From the NCBI GenBank assembly GCA_965215885.1, contig CBDCEW010000087.1, positions 36,309 through 100,308 on the forward strand: a stretch of DNA of 64,000 bases. The letters are read 5' to 3'. The notes beneath the pieces were generated by a model, which did not search any database, was not told the origin of the DNA, and worked only from the letters and a program-made list of their open reading frames with translations. The stretch comes from Candidatus Moanibacter sp. (GTDB lineage Bacteria; Verrucomicrobiota; Verrucomicrobiia; Opitutales; UBA2987). This document shows positions 62,147-64,000 of this stretch, in pieces. The position numbers were made by a program, and so were the translations under genes. Position 1 is the stretch's first letter. Each line of letters opens with the position of its first letter.

Positions 62147-63488
62147 GGTTTCCGTCCCTTTTGGGTTCCATCGAGTATTCCTTGCATAGTGCGATGAGCT
62201 CGTCTTCTCCCGGTATATCATCGGGGCGCTCTACCGCACTGAGCGGAAGTCCAATAAGCGCCGGGAGTTGCTCTTCGAGAAAGGGTTGAATAAATACCCG
62301 ATAGTGGTAGCAACTTCGGCCTGATCGATCGGAGATATCCTGGGATTCCTCTTCAGGATCAAAAAGCTCGTCGTCGAGGTCCGCCAGGCGTCGGGAATGC
62401 GCGGTGACGACGGCGTTTGCCATACGCATCGCGAGATGCCGGCGAAGATCCGTATTGCCTAATTGCCTTCTCGCGTTTCGATACTCACACAAGCGACTGA
62501 GCCACTGTGTCATTTCTTCAATTTCCGGCTCCATGGAAACGGCAAGCGCATTCAGGATGTTTCGGCACTGATCCTGGGTTTCGATTCCCAGTTGGTCCCA
62601 TCTGGGGTCGTGGGGTCCCGAACCGATCGAAAGCTCTTTGAACCGATGAAGCTGCCCGCTCACCCAGTGGCGAAACTGCGAACGGAGAAAATCCTTGTTG
62701 ATTTCCAATGGTTCCGTGGGAATCGGGAAGAGCATCTGGTAATTGACGTCCAGAAATTCGCGGAGGGCGTGATTGATCACCTTCATCTCACTTTCCCCTT
62801 TGTCGCTGATGATCGATTTCAACCCATCACGGAATGCTTTGAGATCCTCTTTACGGGCGTCGCGAATTTTAGGTGGCGGGAAAATGTCATGGGACTGGAG
62901 GAGGTTGGTCATCTCTTCCTCAATCGCCTCAATATTGAGGTTGAGAATCTGAATCCGATTTTTCGAGCTGTCCGACCGCGCGTCGTCGATCTGTGAGGTC
63001 AGCTCGCTGAAAAAGTAGTTCGTGCCGCCAGTTTTCTTGTCACTTACCATCTCCTCAAAGGAATCGATACTGGGCGATATACGGAACTGTTCCCTGAAGG
63101 CCTCTTCCCCTTTTATCGTTGTATATAACTTGGAGTCGACATCGAAAGATCTGCGGATCTCCCCGCGATCGAAATTGTAATAATTCAGGGCAAAAGTCGT
63201 GGTGACATCGGGGTTGGCGATTTTTCCGAGGGCGCGATAGACGCTTTCCTTATTACCCAGTATTGTAGCCGTATTAGCGGGCGCCTCATTGATTATTCGC
63301 GCCCACCAGCAGAGGCAGAGATTGAGCGGGAGAGGACTGCGGCCCTCCTGGTTGCCGTAGTAATCAGGCGCGATGTGCTTCCACCAGGTATTGATTCCGG
63401 TAATCAGTTGCTGAGCATTTACGGGTGGATAGGCATCGATATTCTGAAAAATATTGAAGCCGTCGATGGTCAGCCTCTTGGCGTAGGT
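62139..63488 (-). pseudogene. SrfC-like protein, 3' part only; interrupted by an IS at 63489
   Basis: Long ORF coupled to srfB. TGGTNYF resembles the SrfC DGGxxYL motif. The ORF-track N-terminus (MAENLKP...) is IS sequence. Confidence 0.55.
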
Positions 63489-64000
63489 AGACCCCATTCG
63501 AAAAGCCTTTCGAGCGGACGGTTTCAGGTTTTCCGCCACAGGCGGACCAGCCTATGGCTGGCAGGCGTCGGGTTTCAGGCTGCCGACGCTGCCGATGAGC
63601 AGGTATTGAGCGGCCATCGGCGTGGCTTGCTGCACAATACGCATATTTGCCGCTGTTTGGAGGCATACTCATCCCGTGGTGCTTTTTTCTCCGAGCTGCA
63701 AAGCGGTCAGATTCAGGCCGCCTGTTCCAGTTCCTCCCCTCGTCGTTTCTTCATCAGTATGATGCGGCAGAAGTTGTAGGCCAGAACCTTCTCGAGCAGT
63801 TCATCGCCTACCGCATCGATGCCGCGGCGGCCGAGTTCGCCAAAGGCAAATCCATCTTTAATCGTGAACATCAGCGACTCCACTGCGGAGCGATTGCGGC
63901 GTGCCTCGCGATACGCCTCGCTCTCCCGGTCCTCGGGGGTGGTCAACTTCTTGCCCTTCGCCCCACTGATACTGATCTGCTTTACCCCCATGCTCAGCAC
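63489..64000 (-). mobile_element. Second copy of the ISNCY/IS5-like element, partial (transposase 3' end 63713-64000)
   Basis: Near-identical to about 47806-48317, with scattered substitutions. Confidence 0.92.

Overview
Bacterial chromosomal segment. A Verrucomicrobiota/Opitutae-like origin is my impression from the gene set and repeat families and is not tested. Five blocks are visible. (1) 1.7-24.8 kb: surface-glycan region with nucleotide-sugar enzymes, a sulfotransferase, two tandem TPR-GT41 (O-GlcNAc-transferase-like) paralogs from a decayed tandem duplication, GT2/GT4 genes, a lone wzm, and a DUF4956-CotH-VTC module. (2) 25.9-30.4 kb: TolC/adaptor/ABC exporter. (3) 31-43.3 kb: lipid cluster with a serine-palmitoyltransferase-like enzyme, a ketosynthase, an ACP-FabZ fusion, five glycosyltransferases (one fused to a DUF374 acyltransferase) and accA. 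(4) 43.4-50.1 kb: mobile-DNA pile-up of 101-bp hairpin repeats, an Rhs-like scrap, IS4, an inverted-repeat-bounded RAYT, an ISNCY/IS5-like IS and an ISL3 remnant, followed by housekeeping-type genes and an EHP-repeat lipoprotein next to a transglutaminase-like protein. (5) 56.5-63.5 kb: srfC-srfB-srfA-like operon. Its srfA-like gene reads through an in-frame TAG into a transmembrane helix and five Ig-like repeats, and its srfC-like gene is cut by an IS. Several MITE/REP-like elements and small frameshifts occur, and some of the frameshifts may be assembly errors. No rRNA, tRNA or CRISPR array was recognised. All family calls come from motif recognition, not database searches.
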